A DNA stretch of 62,770 bases, the filler included, from Bipalium vagum (lineage: Eukaryota), in NCBI GenBank assembly GCA_037834085.1. It is 3 parts of 3 records of this genome, joined end to end, with 100 filler letters (N's around TTAATTAATTAA, not from the genome) between each part and the next. Parts side by side here need not be neighbours in the genome. Positions count along the whole stretch, not along the records: positions 1 to 23,174 come from JBBMKC010212482.1; 2 more parts are not named here. One strand, given 5' to 3'. Numbering within the stretch: the stretch's first letter is position 1; each line of letters starts with the position of its first letter. Of this stretch, positions 1 to 14,067 are shown in pieces. Both the position numbers and the translations under genes were made by a program. The notes beneath the pieces are model-generated. The model saw only the letters and a program-made list of their open reading frames with translations. It was not told where the DNA came from and ran no database searches.

Positions 1-244
1 CTCGCCCGTTTTGTGAAATCAATGTTTTTTGAATAAATATGTTCATGTCAATTTATTCTTCAAAATTTAATATTTTCCATTTTCAAAAAAATTAAATATT
101 ATTATATTATTATATTATAATATTATATTAAAACAAAATGAGTTTTCTAAACCTATAAATAGTGAGAATTAATCATGCCAAATTTTATTGAAATATAAAT
201 ATATTTTCGGCTTCATTCTAAGGACTTATCAGCCCAACCATGTA
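1..244. mobile_element. End of a mariner-derived (irritans/Himar1-like TIR) element or MITE
   Basis: Ends ...AGGACTTATCAGCCCAACCATG+TA; the reverse complement resembles the Himar1-type ITR (GGTTGGCTGATAAGTCC). 79-244 is nearly the reverse complement of 62626-62770. Confidence 0.7.
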
Positions 245-670
245 TTATTATCACTGAATCCCCCATTTCTCTTCACAATCAACCCTTGCTGACATTATAC
301 TGGAACCAAACATATAATTTAACTAGATCCCAAAACATTTATATATTTTGATAATTAGCCAAAGCTATGTGAAGTTGATATATAATTTTTATTTGAACTT
401 CATATATATATATTATTAATTTCTGACAGCTCATTCCATATGTTAACAAATTATGACAATAAAACAATGGTTTTTTACAAGTTAATGCATTTTATATTAT
501 ATACTCATAAATAAAGTAACCGTAACTATCATAATTATAATAAATAAAAGTAAGTAACGTAAATAATTAACATCAAGTAATTATTTAAAATGATAAATAA
601 AGTAATTTTATTTGATATAAATGTATTTTTATTAATGTTAAACATTGTTATTGTTAGTTGAAAATTAATC

Positions 671-742
671 GGAGATACCGGGATTGGAACCCGGGACCTT
701 CACATGCGCATGGACTGCTCTGACCGCTGAGCTACATACCCC
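671..742 (-). pseudogene. tRNA-Ala(CGC)-like pseudogene or tRNA-derived SINE head
   Basis: Minus strand reads GGGGTATGTAGCTCAGCGGTCAGAGCAGTCCATGCGCATGTGAAGGTCCCGGGTTCCAATCCCGGTATCTCC: A box, D stem GCTC/GAGC, T stem CCGGG/CCCGG, G3:U70 Ala determinant, CGC at the anticodon position. The anticodon stem does not pair and the T loop is TTCCAAT. Confidence 0.7.
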
Positions 743-1849
743 GACTATTTTTTTTATCAATTTACCTCAGTTATTATTTTATAAATATCCGGAAAACCTA
801 TTAAAGATGACAAGTAAATGACTAAAGAAATTGGCATGTAACAGGATTCAGTCTATCCAGGATGACATACTTTATTATAAAATAACATCAGAGATCAAAT
901 GTAAAAATATATAAACCAAATACAACCACAAGAGTTATTAAGTGTCTTTTAACTATAATTTAAAGTAATATGTTAGAAGTATCATCAGTATTTTAATCGC
1001 ATCATAATAGATAAAATTATACTTTTTCAGTTGCATTTTCAAAATCAATTTTTTAAAAAACATAATTGCAATAAAAGTTGACGAGAAAAAATTTCAAAAA
1101 AATGATTGAAAAACGCCATTTAAATTATTTGTTTTCACTCTACTTTTGACAAAATTTTATATTTATTTTTTATATTTATCATATTTTCCATTTTTCTTAA
1201 TAACTTGGATTATTTTTCAAATAAGCCTCTGAATATTTTTGTTTATTTCTCTATATTTTAAATGTTATGTTATTAAATAAAAATTAAAACAAATACAACA
1301 ATTTTTTTGATTGATATAATTGGTACTTGAAAGAATTGTTTGTTTCAAATTATAAAAAAATTTTTTAAAATCAAACTCCTACAAAAGAAAACGTAATTTG
1401 ACAAATAATAAAATTATAAAATATAAATTACGTAAAAATGATTTATTAGTAAAAGCAATTTATTTTACATTCAATTGATTTATTTCTATTTAATCTTTTC
1501 CTAAAGTTGTAATACACGCGGAATTTCTTCAGTTTGGTGAATTACCGGGGTTGATACAGAAAAATTATCTCGATATTCTGTTATTGATTTGGAAATAAAT
1601 ATTTTTAATTTAATAAATTTAATTATTTTTATTATTTGCTTATTACTATTTTTGAAAAATAAACAAATTTTATTAATTAAATAAAATTCTTATTGATTAT
1701 TTAGAAAATTCTAATTAATCCTATATGAACTATAGTTATGTTTTTTCTAGATCAATTATAATTTGTCAGGAAACGTATTTTAATATGTTATATATTTTTT
1801 CTTGTGACTTAAAATAAGTGAAAAAATTAAATCTAAATATGTAAAATAA

Positions 1850-4800
1850 AACTTTTATTATTTGTTATTTATTTTTGAGTTTTTCTTGGTACATTATTAG
1901 ATCCAAAGTATTGTCAGGGGAATTGTTCAGTCTATTATGTTTCAAAAACAAAAGAAATTCTATTCAGAAATTTCGCAGTCAAATTGTTATGTTTTTTCAA
2001 ATTCTTTGGATCAAAGAAATTTTTCTAAGGCGTCTCACAGTCTGAGTAGTATCAGTAAAAGCTCAATTGGATCTGATTATAGTAATTTAATTACTTTTTG
2101 AATTTTCATAAAAGCTTACTTTGGAATTCATTTTTCGAAGCTGGATGACGTTTTTGCTGAAATTGAAATTACAATTTCATTATATATTGATTTTTAAAAT
2201 GAAATAAGAAGAGTTTTGTTTAACGGCGGGCTTCATGAATGTTATTATTTTTGTGAAATTTGTGTTTAGATAAAGTAAAAGTAGGAGGAAAATATTTTGT
2301 CCTTGGAAATCAATTTATTTATATTATCTTACCATTCGTTGTTGAAGTATCTTTTCTGTTGATATTTTGGATATCGATTTTTAATTTACGGATATTTAAA
2401 TATCGGGAAGAATTTTAATGAATATACACACGATACATTTTAAAATCTCTTTTGCTAACGAACCTTTTATTTTACACATCAAAACAGATTTGAAAAGAAT
2501 CGCATTTCTTTTTTATGTAATGAGTAAATGACAGAGGGAGGAAATTCTTAGTAGTTTCTTTTAAGCAAGACTTTCTAAAAAAATTCTGAACTTTGGGAAT
2601 CTGAGGATGAAAAGGATTCTTAAGAATGATACGCATATTTCAAGAGTTGTATTAATAAATGTAATAATCTTATTTATGAAGTGTACACAGTTGTTTATCT
2701 TTTTCTCAATCAATAATTCTAATAGATTTATATATGATATATTGCTTTAATTTTTGTAAATATAAAAGTAAATTTTTAGTCTTGTTGTGAGAATTAAGAA
2801 AAAATCTGGTCTTTGCAGAAATCATCGTTTTGAATGTTTTTGTGAAAAATCAATAATAAAAATGCAATTATTTTAATTTGTTTATGGAGCTTAGAAGGAG
2901 ACTCTCATCTTCAAAAATGAAAAATGAAATGAAATAAAAATATTAATTACAAGGAATTAACTATTGAATATATTTAACAGTTTTATGAGATATAATATAA
3001 AATTTCCAATCGAAGATTTAGGAACCTCTGTATTTATTTGTATCTTTGAAAGTAATCATATAAAATCCTTATTGAAAAGAAATCTAATTTAAATTAAACC
3101 GGGTTTATGAAAAATATTATAAAAATAATCAGGTTTAAAAAAATAAAACTCAAATCGAGAATCATTTGAAGTTAGAAGTTTTATCTTTGAACACTTTGTA
3201 TTGGAACAAATAAAATCGTTAACGAAGAACCTTGTATCATCACTGTAGCTAGGTAGAAATACTGTTTACTATTCAAAACTATTATTTAATAATTGTCGAT
3301 AATATTCATAATATTAATTAGGAATTATCAAAAATGTTGTTTCATCAGAAATTGGGGGAAAATTTTTAAGTCACAATTTTAAAAATTAGCTATTTTAAGA
3401 TTACATTTTTTAAAGCCTTTTATTAAAATCATTTTAAAATGAAGACAGTTCAGCGGTGGTCTAAATCTCAATAAGAAAATTTTTATCCCATTGTGTTTTA
3501 AATTAATCTGATTAACTTTTTAGTGTCATAATCAGAAATCCATGAAAATTTTATCAGGTTGAATTTTTTTTTCATGATTTAGAATAATTTTCCTTTACAT
3601 TTCTCTTTCTATTGATTTTATAATACTTGTTATGGTAATATTTTAATCTTATATTGATTTTGAGCTGAAAATTATTTTGCTTCATAAACAACTGATTTTT
3701 TGGTGTTTATTTCCGTAATCAAAATGTTTTATGATGTTTCGATCTCAATTAAAAATCTGTTTCAACTGAAGCTATTCTGAAAACCTGTTTCTTATTGATT
3801 TTTTCGGACTTTTCAAGATTATAGAATTTGATTAAAAGGCTTAATCGAACAGCTACTTCACCATATGTAACATTCAGTTCTTCATGTTTTACAAATGATT
3901 ATCTTAATTATCTCGTCTAGATATTCAAGGTCAGAACTGGAAATGAACAATTTATGATTGCTGATTTTTGATAAGAATATATAAATATATATTATTCCAC
4001 ATTTTATCTATAAACAAATAAAAAATTGTTTTATAAATTTATACATCAAATGTCAGATTGATAATAAATAATGATCACTTATTAATTTTTAATAATATTG
4101 TACCTGAGAATGTTATGCACTTTCTATGACATAAATAACACACTAAATACTTTATTAATTTATTCATAATTTTTATGTATCATTGATACAAAAAGTAATT
4201 TAAAAGTTGAAATAATCTAAACATTAATTTTAAGATTGATTTTGGTCAGCCGGTTATTACTTGTTTCGATCGAAAATCACCCGAAAGTCGTTTTATATGG
4301 ATTTTCTCAGCTGGAAAAACAATATTTGGTTGTATGGTGACCTGAACATTGGAAACTTGAACTAATATTATTAATTTATCATCTTTTAAAAGAAGCTCTT
4401 TGTTCAACTGAAAATTTTAAACTTATTATTATAATGAATTCACGAGTTTTCGAAACATTTTGTTTTTATTTAAATCGGTGTTATGAAAAAGTAGATCTCA
4501 GGGAAGATATATATAATCAAAGTTGGTAACGTTTTTTCAAATCTTTCCAGAATTAACGTTTATAATAAAGTACTGCTGTAATTCTAGACTTCGGCACTGT
4601 CATTTTCTCTATGTAAGTTTGCAATTTTATGAATCAAGGCATTACAACTGAAAATAGTGTCACATCTCTGAATGATATCTTGATAGAAATGACATTTTTT
4701 TGAAAATTGAAGACATAAAAAATATTGTGCTTGGATTTCATGTAAAAAATACATAAAATGTGTCGAGATGATTAATTTTATTTAGGTTGTTTTGAAATGG

Positions 4801-4870
4801 AATTTTATTAAAAATTCGGTCATAATATTTCCCACTATTAATATTTCTTATTTTATTGTGGGAATTTTAA
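1850..4870 (+). other. Decayed coding-like block, possible endogenous ssDNA-virus/rolling-circle element
   Basis: Fragmented frames give NGGLH/xVIIF (2222-2252, HUH-like across a frameshift) and FDRKSPESRFIWIFSAGKT followed by WLYGDLN (4265-4347, SF3 Walker-A region-like). Many stops. Confidence 0.25.
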
Positions 4871-5339
4871 GCGTATAAATTTGATCGTTCAAGGTTCCGA
4901 TTAGGCTGCACTCTGCCCTAAATAACGACAAAAAATCGTTATTTTATGCGATTTCTTCTTATATTTCGGTTCAAATAGACCAGTTGTCCAGATTTTTCAA
5001 TAGCCAATTAGTCAACGTCTTTATCATCTTATTTGTTGATTAGTGTTTAAAAATATTTTTATTATTTTTCAAAAAACTATTTTCATATAATTCTGTTTAT
5101 TATTATTAAATATATTTATTAAATTCTGAGTAATAATCATTTGATTTACTAAATTTCTTCGATTTCATCTCTTTCAATTTCCTTTTTGAAAAAAGACAAA
5201 TATCACAAAAATTTCTTTTAATAATGTATAGACTCAACTAACGAATTTATTAATAATTTTATATTTTATTTTTTTGTTCATTTAAAAATGTTTTAAAAAA
5301 ACTTATGCGATTTAAAATTATCAAGCTTAATATATGTAG

Positions 5340-5748
5340 AACCAGCCAGTGGAGATAAAAAATCCAGCAAAATATCAAAGCCTTGTAATAAATTTACCAG
5401 TTCTACAAACTGGCCTCATACCAGACAAAGTGATAGCTGTATAGACACCGTTTTCGGTTACACAAACGTTACGAATTTCCCAGATGATGACTACCTAGCT
5501 CATTCTAAACGTCATTCTGTTAAACGAATATCACTTACGGATTGCAGAAATTTGAACAGTGATTTCGTATCATCTATTGGTGACAATCAATCTGCTGATT
5601 CCATTAAGCAAAATAATCGAGATGGCGGAATACTTGAATCTCAGTCGTCCATTGGTTATAACAATAGTGTCAATGTCCCCAATAATGATCCTCACGAATC
5701 TTTTCCTCTAGAAGATAACTTTTCGGAAATTCAAAGAGACTCGAATGA
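5340..5748 (+). CDS. CAMTA: CAMTA-like gene, internal exon A (Ser/Asn-rich linker)
   Basis: tag| acceptor, |gtgaga donor, open frame PASGDKK...QRDSN over 409 nt. Its phase-2 end matches the next exon. Confidence 0.6.
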
Positions 5749-6124
5749 GTGAGAATATTTTTTAAAATTTATTTTTGAACAGTTTCTTAATATATATTTA
5801 TTAATTTGGATATTATTCGTTGATATCAATAAAAATTTAATAAAATCTTTAATAATAAATAAATAAATAAAATAATGATTAATAATATTATTTTATCGGT
5901 TATAACATGAGATTTTTGTTATTTTTATTTTTACGACTTTTAAATTTGATTACGATCAACAACTTATAATAATATTAGGTTTACATGGATAAAAGTTAAT
6001 AAATTTATTTCTTAAAGTATGTCATTTATTATTGATATTGATTAACTGCAAGTAAATTTTAGTTGAAATTAGTTGTAAGTGTGAATTGGTTTTATAATTA
6101 TAGTTTTTTAGATTTGAAGAACTT

Positions 6125-7330
6125 GGTCTCCTTTTTTAATGTATTCAGCAAGCTTTTCTTTGTTGAAGCATTTGCCATATCGCTTTTCTCTTGATTGCAT
6201 ATCTTTGTGCAGCCTTTCCCCGCGTTCATCGGAAAAATACCTAAATATTTTTCATATTTCTCCTTGTGTTTAAAACAACATGTGCATTTTAGTGGTCACA
6301 TTTAAGCAGGCCAAAGCTTGAAAGCTAGACATTAACAAATCGACTTTTTCTTTCCAGTCTTCCTTGACATTCTTTCTGAGAATATGTCTAGCAACAGAAC
6401 AAAAGTTACTCCAAGCTACATGCTCTTCACTTTTCATTGTTACTGGAAAAGCAATAATATTTCATACGAAGTCTAATTTCAGGTCCAGTGAAAACTCCAT
6501 TCGTTAACTTTGCTTCTGATTTCTTTAATGTTTTGGATGTATATTTAAAGCAATCACTCTCCTTTTCCAATTTTTTAATAATTTTCTGAAAATACCTAGT
6601 TTTACATGCAGGAAAAGAATTGCAATATTGTCAATATTTACTAATGACGTGTTATCAAATATTATACATACAGACCAGTTATGATTAGGATCAAAATCAA
6701 GTTCACTTTGTCTGGAATCGAACATACATTAAAAACCATGAGTATTTTGTGTATACTGACTTTAATCCCTTTATAAAATTTAAAACTTTCAGGTCACATT
6801 ATAAATCACCTATGAGAATAATAGTTTACATATGCATTATTTTCTCAATCGAAGCGCGATCCTCTTGGGCATATGAAATTGGAATAGTTGAAAGCATATG
6901 ATTTTTATACATAAGATCTGCTTTCAGACTGTTTGTTGAAGAGTCAATAAACAAGGACCAATCAAGGCTTTGGTAATTGACATAAAGGTAAGTCATCAAA
7001 TCATTGATATAATGACAAAGACTGATGGAATGGTTGGAATTAGAAAAATTTAATAACATCTTTAATTTTTTCATTTACGTGTCGAACTGTGATCGACATC
7101 AGTTTTTTCTTCAAATCTGGATCATTTTAAGCACGAAAAGGCATTGGACATTAATTTACTGATATTTAATTCTCTACAAAAACGGTTGAATGTTTCTAAG
7201 GACCATTTAAATTATTCAATTTTTATTTCTTCATAATCGGATTCATTTTCACTGTCCTCGTTAAATGATTATCAATCTGGACTAAAATGCATATCTAAAT
7301 GATCAGTTATATCTGGTAAGTCTGACTTAA
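6125..7330 (-). mobile_element. Degenerate Chapaev3-like (CMC superfamily) DNA transposase
   Basis: WSLFIDSSTNSLKA...TIPISY, LVNIDNIAILFLHVKLG and a frameshifted SDE...LHKDMQSREKRYG match remembered motifs LFIDSSKRSLKAVL, LPPLHIKLG and SDEHGERFHQD...EKRY. Frameshifted. Confidence 0.6.
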
Positions 7331-10300
7331 GAATTTGACAGCTTTCAAAGTCAAATTAGTTGGCTTTATGATTTATCAAGGCTCGGGATAATTTTATACC
7401 GTGATCAATATATGTCATGAGTAGTTTGACATCCCAAGGCTCACGGGACGAGAACAAAAATGATATATAAGGATCTCATGAACAGACCAAAGTTGAGAAA
7501 ATAATCTATTATCCGCTGCTCATGGCATATTGGTTAATATAATCTGCTAAGGTATGTTCTTTATCCCTAACACTTATCGCCTGAGTACCCTGAAATACTA
7601 AGGCTCAGTAGAAGGGCATAAAGAAAATAAGGATTAGGAAACAGTGTGTTATATTTCTTTACATATTTTATCTTATAAGGTGTTGGAAAAGATTATTAAA
7701 TGGTGAAAGGTACTGTTGTAAAAATTCATCGTGAAGGGTACTTTTATATAAATTTTTCTTCTAAGAGGCCTACATATTTTCCGACACCTTTTGTAAATTC
7801 CGAGGAAAAATTTTAAGGTCTTTGATATATTTTCTTTATAGTTTTGACGTAAGGCATAGAGTTTCTTTCCGGAATACACGAATAGGAATTGCGTGGAGGG
7901 AGTTAGAGAATACACCCTCTAGACTCAGTTAAGTTTGTCTGTGTTTTATTGTTTAATTTTTCTTGGGGTATTATTAAACAAGATCAACGCAACTGAAGAT
8001 TGGTGAGAAAGGTAAGTCTATTTTGTCTTGTTTTTTTATTTTTAAGCGCAACCAACGAAGATGAAGTCTAATGAGGGTACAAGAAGACAAAAGATGATGA
8101 GAAAGAAAACAGTTTAAAATCAAGAATATTAAACAGTCCAAAAAGAGTGTCTTAAAATAAATATTGCTTTTTTCGGTTTTAGATTTTGAAGAAACTGCTT
8201 ATTTTCTAATTTTCTCATTTCTTATAATTTCATTTTTCAATTTTTCAAAATTACCAATATTATAACTGAAACTCACACTAGCATTGTTTGTTTGTACTAC
8301 TATTTCCAATTTTGTCGATTCAGTTCTATCTAATGGGCAACTTTTATTCATAAATATCCATATTCGTGATTTGAGCAGGTAGTCCAATTTGCAGGACAAC
8401 GAAGTGGAATCTTCTTTGTACTGTCTTGCTTATAACGATATAGATTCCTGTCGCATTCAGTGCAAAAAAATGATAGCGTGAATTCTTTGTCGACATTATA
8501 ACAACTAGTCTTGAAATAATTCAGATAGATTTCTCGTAATACCTTACTGAATTTTCGCCTCGAGCCACATATATAGGAAAATTTGTCTGTCTAAATTTCA
8601 TCTTCTCCTCTGTCCATGATCAAAAAAATTTTTTATAACCCTTGTTTTTAATTGAAATTAGGTCGATAAAACAAAGGATTTATGTTGTTTTATTTGAAAA
8701 ATGTAATTTTATCTCAAATGTCAATAATTTTAAAACTGTGCTAGAGAATTCAAAAAAAATTTGGATTTGTACATAACAGAATCGATTAAATACTGTTAAA
8801 ATTTTACAAGTGCAAATTTCTTGTCATATCAGTGTTTGACAAAAGACTAAGGACAATCCATTTTGTGCATGTTTATATTTGATATGATATTCAATTTTAT
8901 TTGATTTTTTTGTATATTAGTTATGTCTTTAATAGAAGTTTGATGTGTTATATGTGTGAATTATAAAACCATTTCCAAAATTTAATAATAATAATAAATT
9001 AAAAATAATTAAGTTAATAAATGGTAAATAACTAAGTTTCCAAAAATATTAATATCAAATAAATATTTAAAGAGAATAATAAAATTATTTAACTTATATT
9101 ATTTAATTTTATATTATTTAATTTAAAATTTACACTTGCAAAAACCATATAATAGTTAGTGTTAAATTAAAAAAGACAAAAATTTGAACGTAAATCAAAC
9201 AGTAGAAAGATGAATTTCCATAAATCGATTTTACAAGAAAAAATTCCATTTCGCAGTCACGTTGTAATATTCACCCAATAGCCAAGTATCAATAATTCAT
9301 TTTTTGTAATATAAAATTTGAAATTATTAAACACATGCTATTAACAATAGTAAAATAAATGTTTATTTACAACATTACACAATAAATTTAAAAAATTACT
9401 TGCAAAAGGTTTTAATTGATTTAAATAAAAAACTGAATGATCTTTGGTATTTAAATAAAATTTCAATCAAAAGGTATCATAGTATTATTTAGCTAATTAA
9501 AATGTATATTATCAAATACTAATGACTAAAGAAAATCTGATAAAGTTCGAAACATATATCATAACCATAAGTTCTTAAAAAAATTGTTACCAATTCATAA
9601 AAAGCTTTTATTTGAAAAAAAATCCAATGACAATTGTTTTATTTATTTTAGTAATCTATTTATTTATAAAATGTCATTTTCTCCTATCGAACAATTGAAA
9701 ACAAAATTACCAATGGAAATCATAAATTTTAATCAAAAAGAATACGACAATTTTATGGATTTTTTTATTGAATATTTCATAATTCGTATCTATTTTGTTC
9801 AATATTCCTATGGTTTTATGGTCATCTTTATCCATTAGTCGTTCATTATATAAAATATCCCACAAGTAACATAAAAGTTTGATACTATAAATTTATTAAA
9901 TAATTTATTATTTATATTAAATATTTATGGAAAACATTTCATTGTAAGACAAGATTTGTATTTTAAATCTCTGTAACAGAAATTTTCGATTTATTAAGAA
10001 AGAATTATTGTTATTATTATGACAAAGAATTATTGTCATAAAAATTATAAAACGAAAATAGAAAATATTGTGAAGTTTCATAAATTTTTATTATATTCTT
10101 GAGTCAAAATGCAGTTTAAATTGAGATTTTCTTGATTAAAGGACGGTTGATATCATAAAAAATCTATAATTTATTTTTAATAAGTAATAATAATCAATGA
10201 GGAAATTAATTTTATTTAATGAATTATTGAATATTTGACAAATGTCTCTAAAATTTTCCTCTACGTTTTCTGAAAACAGAAATTTTATCGATTTTTTAAG

Positions 10301-12354
10301 GCATAAGCTGACTTTAATTGAGAAATTTTAAGAAAAATTATTTTCTATCAAAATAATAATTTCTTTAATGATTAATTGAAAATATACTTTTGATTTTTGG
10401 ATATTTATGTGATACATCTTTAAGAGACTACTAGGAAAATGGCCATTAAATTATTTTATAATATATATAATTTAAAACGTGCAATTCTAATATTTTCAAG
10501 CTAAATTAAAATTAATTGATGTTTCAACTTTGTTAATTATTTAAAAATTATATATATATATATATTATTTGAAAGTTATAATAAAAACTATTTATTGCAC
10601 TAATTTTACATTTGTAAAGCTCAAAATATGTAAATGATCGAAATAGTTCTGATAAAAATTATTAAAAATATTAATAACAGATAGAAAAAACAAGAAAAAT
10701 AACAAAAATGAATAATATAAAATTGCGTAGATTTTATTGATCTTAAAATTGAAGTGTTAAGATATATTTTAAAGCACTCTTAGGTTATTTAATAAGTTGA
10801 TATTTGATCAGGCCAACTTTTAAATTTTTATTAAATATTTTTTTTAAAATATGGTCAATGATTTATGGTTCCTTGAAGAATATGACATATTTTTGTTGTT
10901 GAATCAATCTTAACTATAATATTTGTTTAAAATATTATAATAATAAACATGATAAATAAAATATAATAATAATAAACTTAATAAACAGAAAAAAATTGAT
11001 AATTATATAATACTTTTCAAAGAATTACAAAATCATCGATTTTTCCGAGATTAATAACGAAAGAAAATTTTCAGAAATATTAATTTTTTTATGACTGTTA
11101 AATTAATTTAATTTAATCAAACCTTAAAATATAATTATATATTTTTAAAAATTCTAAAATTTAATTTTTTTGTATTTTACATTAGTTTAATTAATTATTA
11201 ATTTAATATTTCGATATTGATAGTATTTAGCAAATGTATCAAAATGTTGATTTTTAAAGAGTTTTTCATAATAGGTTTGACTTATTTATAAACTTCATTA
11301 TTGTGGAATTTATTATAATTTTTGTTATTCTCTATCATTATATAAATTATATTTTATCATTTTCTATTAAATATCTACAAAAATTGTCAATGAAAAAATA
11401 TTTCTATTGAAAACTAAGTTAATTGTTTTTTATCACTATTAAAGTACATTGTGAAGGCGAAAATGAATAAATAGTTGCAATATCCTAATTCAACGTGATT
11501 TTTAGCCGGAATTGAGTTAGTGAATAATTATTGAAAGAATTTCTTACTTTATAGTTTTTACCCATAAACTTTAGTTTCTTACTATAACGAATTATTAAAA
11601 ACATTTTTATATTTCTCAATTGATTTTAATTTTCCATACATATAAATATTTTTAAAGTTGGATTAAATTTTTTTCATTGGCACAGGTTTTTATAATTATT
11701 GATATATAGATAAATTTTTAATAATTTTCAATATTTTTGAAACTAAATTATTAAAACCCTATTGGATATATTTAATATAATTATCTTTTCATAATATCAA
11801 ATTAATTTAGGCTTTATTTTTCGGAAAATAATAATTTCTAAAATATTATAAATTATTATTAATTTTAAAAAAATTGTTAGCAATTAAAATTATTCTAATG
11901 CTATATTTTAATTTCTATATATCATTTATCGAATTTCCCATTATATATCATATTATAAAATATCGGATTAAATATTGATAAAGATTTTTATAGAAAATAA
12001 CTTATGGAAAGTGATTTGGTTGTATGGTAAATTAAAAATTCATTTTATAAATACTTTTTTTTCAATGAATAAATAATTTGCTTAAGTTTTTCTGCCAAAT
12101 GAGTTTAGATTTATTTTGTTATGTGAAATGACTCCAATTTTCTAAAACTTGTTAATTACATATGCTTATTATTACTCTAAGAATTATTAAAATTTAAAAA
12201 TTAATAAATATTATATTATAAAATATTATTTATATAAATTAGATATTTATTCACTTTTAAATTTATTGTTATTTATAGTTTATACAATTGTTACTATTGT
12301 TATAAAATTTTTGATTTTTTTTGTTGAAACAGATTTTTCTTGAATACATTAGTA

Positions 12355-12925
12355 TAGGGTTTCCCAACTAGGGGTGCTCGCTCGCAAAGAAAAGGAAATG
12401 GAATAATGATTATGTGCAGGTATTACTTGTAGTGAAGTAACTCAAGATCTGCGAAAACCCCAATGCATACTTTGTAATGTTGTCTTTTCAAACACAAATT
12501 TGAACCCATTGAAGTTGCAAAAACACTTCAAACTGGGAGTGATGGAGCAGATGTTTCAGGTCATGATATTGAATCATGAAAAGCAATATTCACTGGTAAC
12601 CCTTTCAAAATTAGGTTCTACCTCTGTTGCCAAACCACTTTTGATGACTTCATACCACGTAGCTTATAAAGTAGCCGAATCCAAGAAGCCTCATACAATT
12701 TCAGAAGATTAAAAATTGTTCTGGGAAAAGGAGCTTCAAACAAGCTTAAATTAATGACGTTATCAAATAATGTTATTCAGAGCCGAATTCTTGAGTTAAG
12801 CTTGGATATTTTATACCAAGTTATCGCAGATATCCAAGCTAACCTTTTGAAAATCTATCCAGTTAGACGAAACAACTGATGTTGAAAATTGCAGACAACT
12901 CATTGCATTAGTAAGATCGCACAAT
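12355..12925 (+). mobile_element. Truncated hAT (Buster/Charlie/ZBED5-like) transposon 5' part
   Basis: TAGGGTTTCCCAACT terminus; PQCILCNVVFSN BED finger; SYHVAYKVAESKKPHTISE; LSNNVIQSRI; QLDETTDVENC. Confidence 0.85.
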
Positions 12926-13137
12926 AAATGTCGGTTTAAGTATTTTTTAGGTTTATCATTAAAATGTTAATAAATTTTAAATTAAATTAGGTTCAATTTA
13001 ATGTCTAGAATCTGCTACATATTTTATAAATATGATATGATTGTTGTTCATTAAAGCTATATTTTTATCATTTTAGCAATGCTGAAAAAGAAGCAATTAC
13101 GAGCAATTTTTTTAATTGAATTAAATCCTAATTAATG

Positions 13138-13138
13138 A

Positions 13139-13176
<38 letters not shown>
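13138..13176. repeat. (TAT)n microsatellite
   Basis: Direct tandem TAT run. Confidence 0.9.
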
Positions 13177-13178
<2 letters not shown>

Positions 13179-13387
13179 CCTTGGTAATCTTCTAGTCTAT
13201 GGTTCGATTCTGTTCGATTTCTGACCAAACAATTTGAAATAATATATGCTGTACAATTATTTTATTATGTTTAAAAATCGATTCACTGTACTTAAATAAA
13301 AAAAATGATCTTAGATATTTAAAATTTGAATATAATTATCGATTAAAAATTTTGTCTCCCTTAAATTTTTGTTATTTTTCTTTATAG

Positions 13388-13664
13388 TTTCCTTGATTCT
13401 CAAACATGTATTGATAGTTTTGACCTCAACGATTATTCGTATTGGGCAGATATCGAAAGTAGTGTATATATTGATACCTCTTGTCCAAGTAACAATTTTA
13501 CAAATGAGGATTCGATAGATATATCTGGAGATTTTAATCTTGAAGAATTATCAAATTGGCAGTTTGGTGAAATTTCTCAATCCGATTTGTTAGAAATGTC
13601 TATGAACAATTCAGATTTGAATATTGTGATAACAAATTATGCTCCAAGCTGGGCTCCTGTGGAA
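13388..13664 (+). CDS. CAMTA: CAMTA-like gene, exon B (start of IPT/TIG domain)
   Basis: tttatag| and |gtaagt boundaries; ends IVITNYAPSWAPVE, compare CAMTA VTDYSPEWSYPE. Confidence 0.75.
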
Positions 13665-14067
13665 GTAAGTGTAGCTTATATAATAGTAGTACTACTAATA
13701 CTACAGTGCGCGTAAAAAGTTTATTATTATTTATTTATTTAATTATTCACTTTGATAATTCCAACAAAATATTGATTTTGTTTTTACAAAAAATTATAAT
13801 TTGTTTATTGAAGATAAATCAAATCTCAAAGAATCCGAAATAAGAAAAATAAAAATAAAATCTAATTTCAATTATTCTTTCATAAATATGAAAGAAAAGT
13901 GAGACTTAAATAAAAAATATCTTTAGAAATGAAAAAGGCTTATGCTCTCTGAAAATTGAGCTAGAAATATTATTATAATTATAAATAATACTTAATCATT
14001 TCATATAAAAGTACATTAATATTCCAAATAACATCACATAAAACAGGGGGTCAATATTTTTAATAAA

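Noticed and set aside
330-480. Possible CR1/L2 LINE 3' remnant (VNIWNELSE on the minus strand)
   Set aside because: Single short motif only.
3955-4465. RdRp-like motif series (ADF..DK, GQPVIT, YGD, HEFSKHF)
   Set aside because: Motifs fall in different frames, GDD is absent, and the same bases fit an SF3 helicase reading at least as well.
7400-8640. Possible solo LTR plus LINE fragments
   Set aside because: No termini, PBS or convincing protein motif could be fixed.
13173-13350. piggyBac-like TTAA-CCCTT terminus (and AGGGG-TTAA near 29455)
   Set aside because: No matching partner end or transposase nearby.
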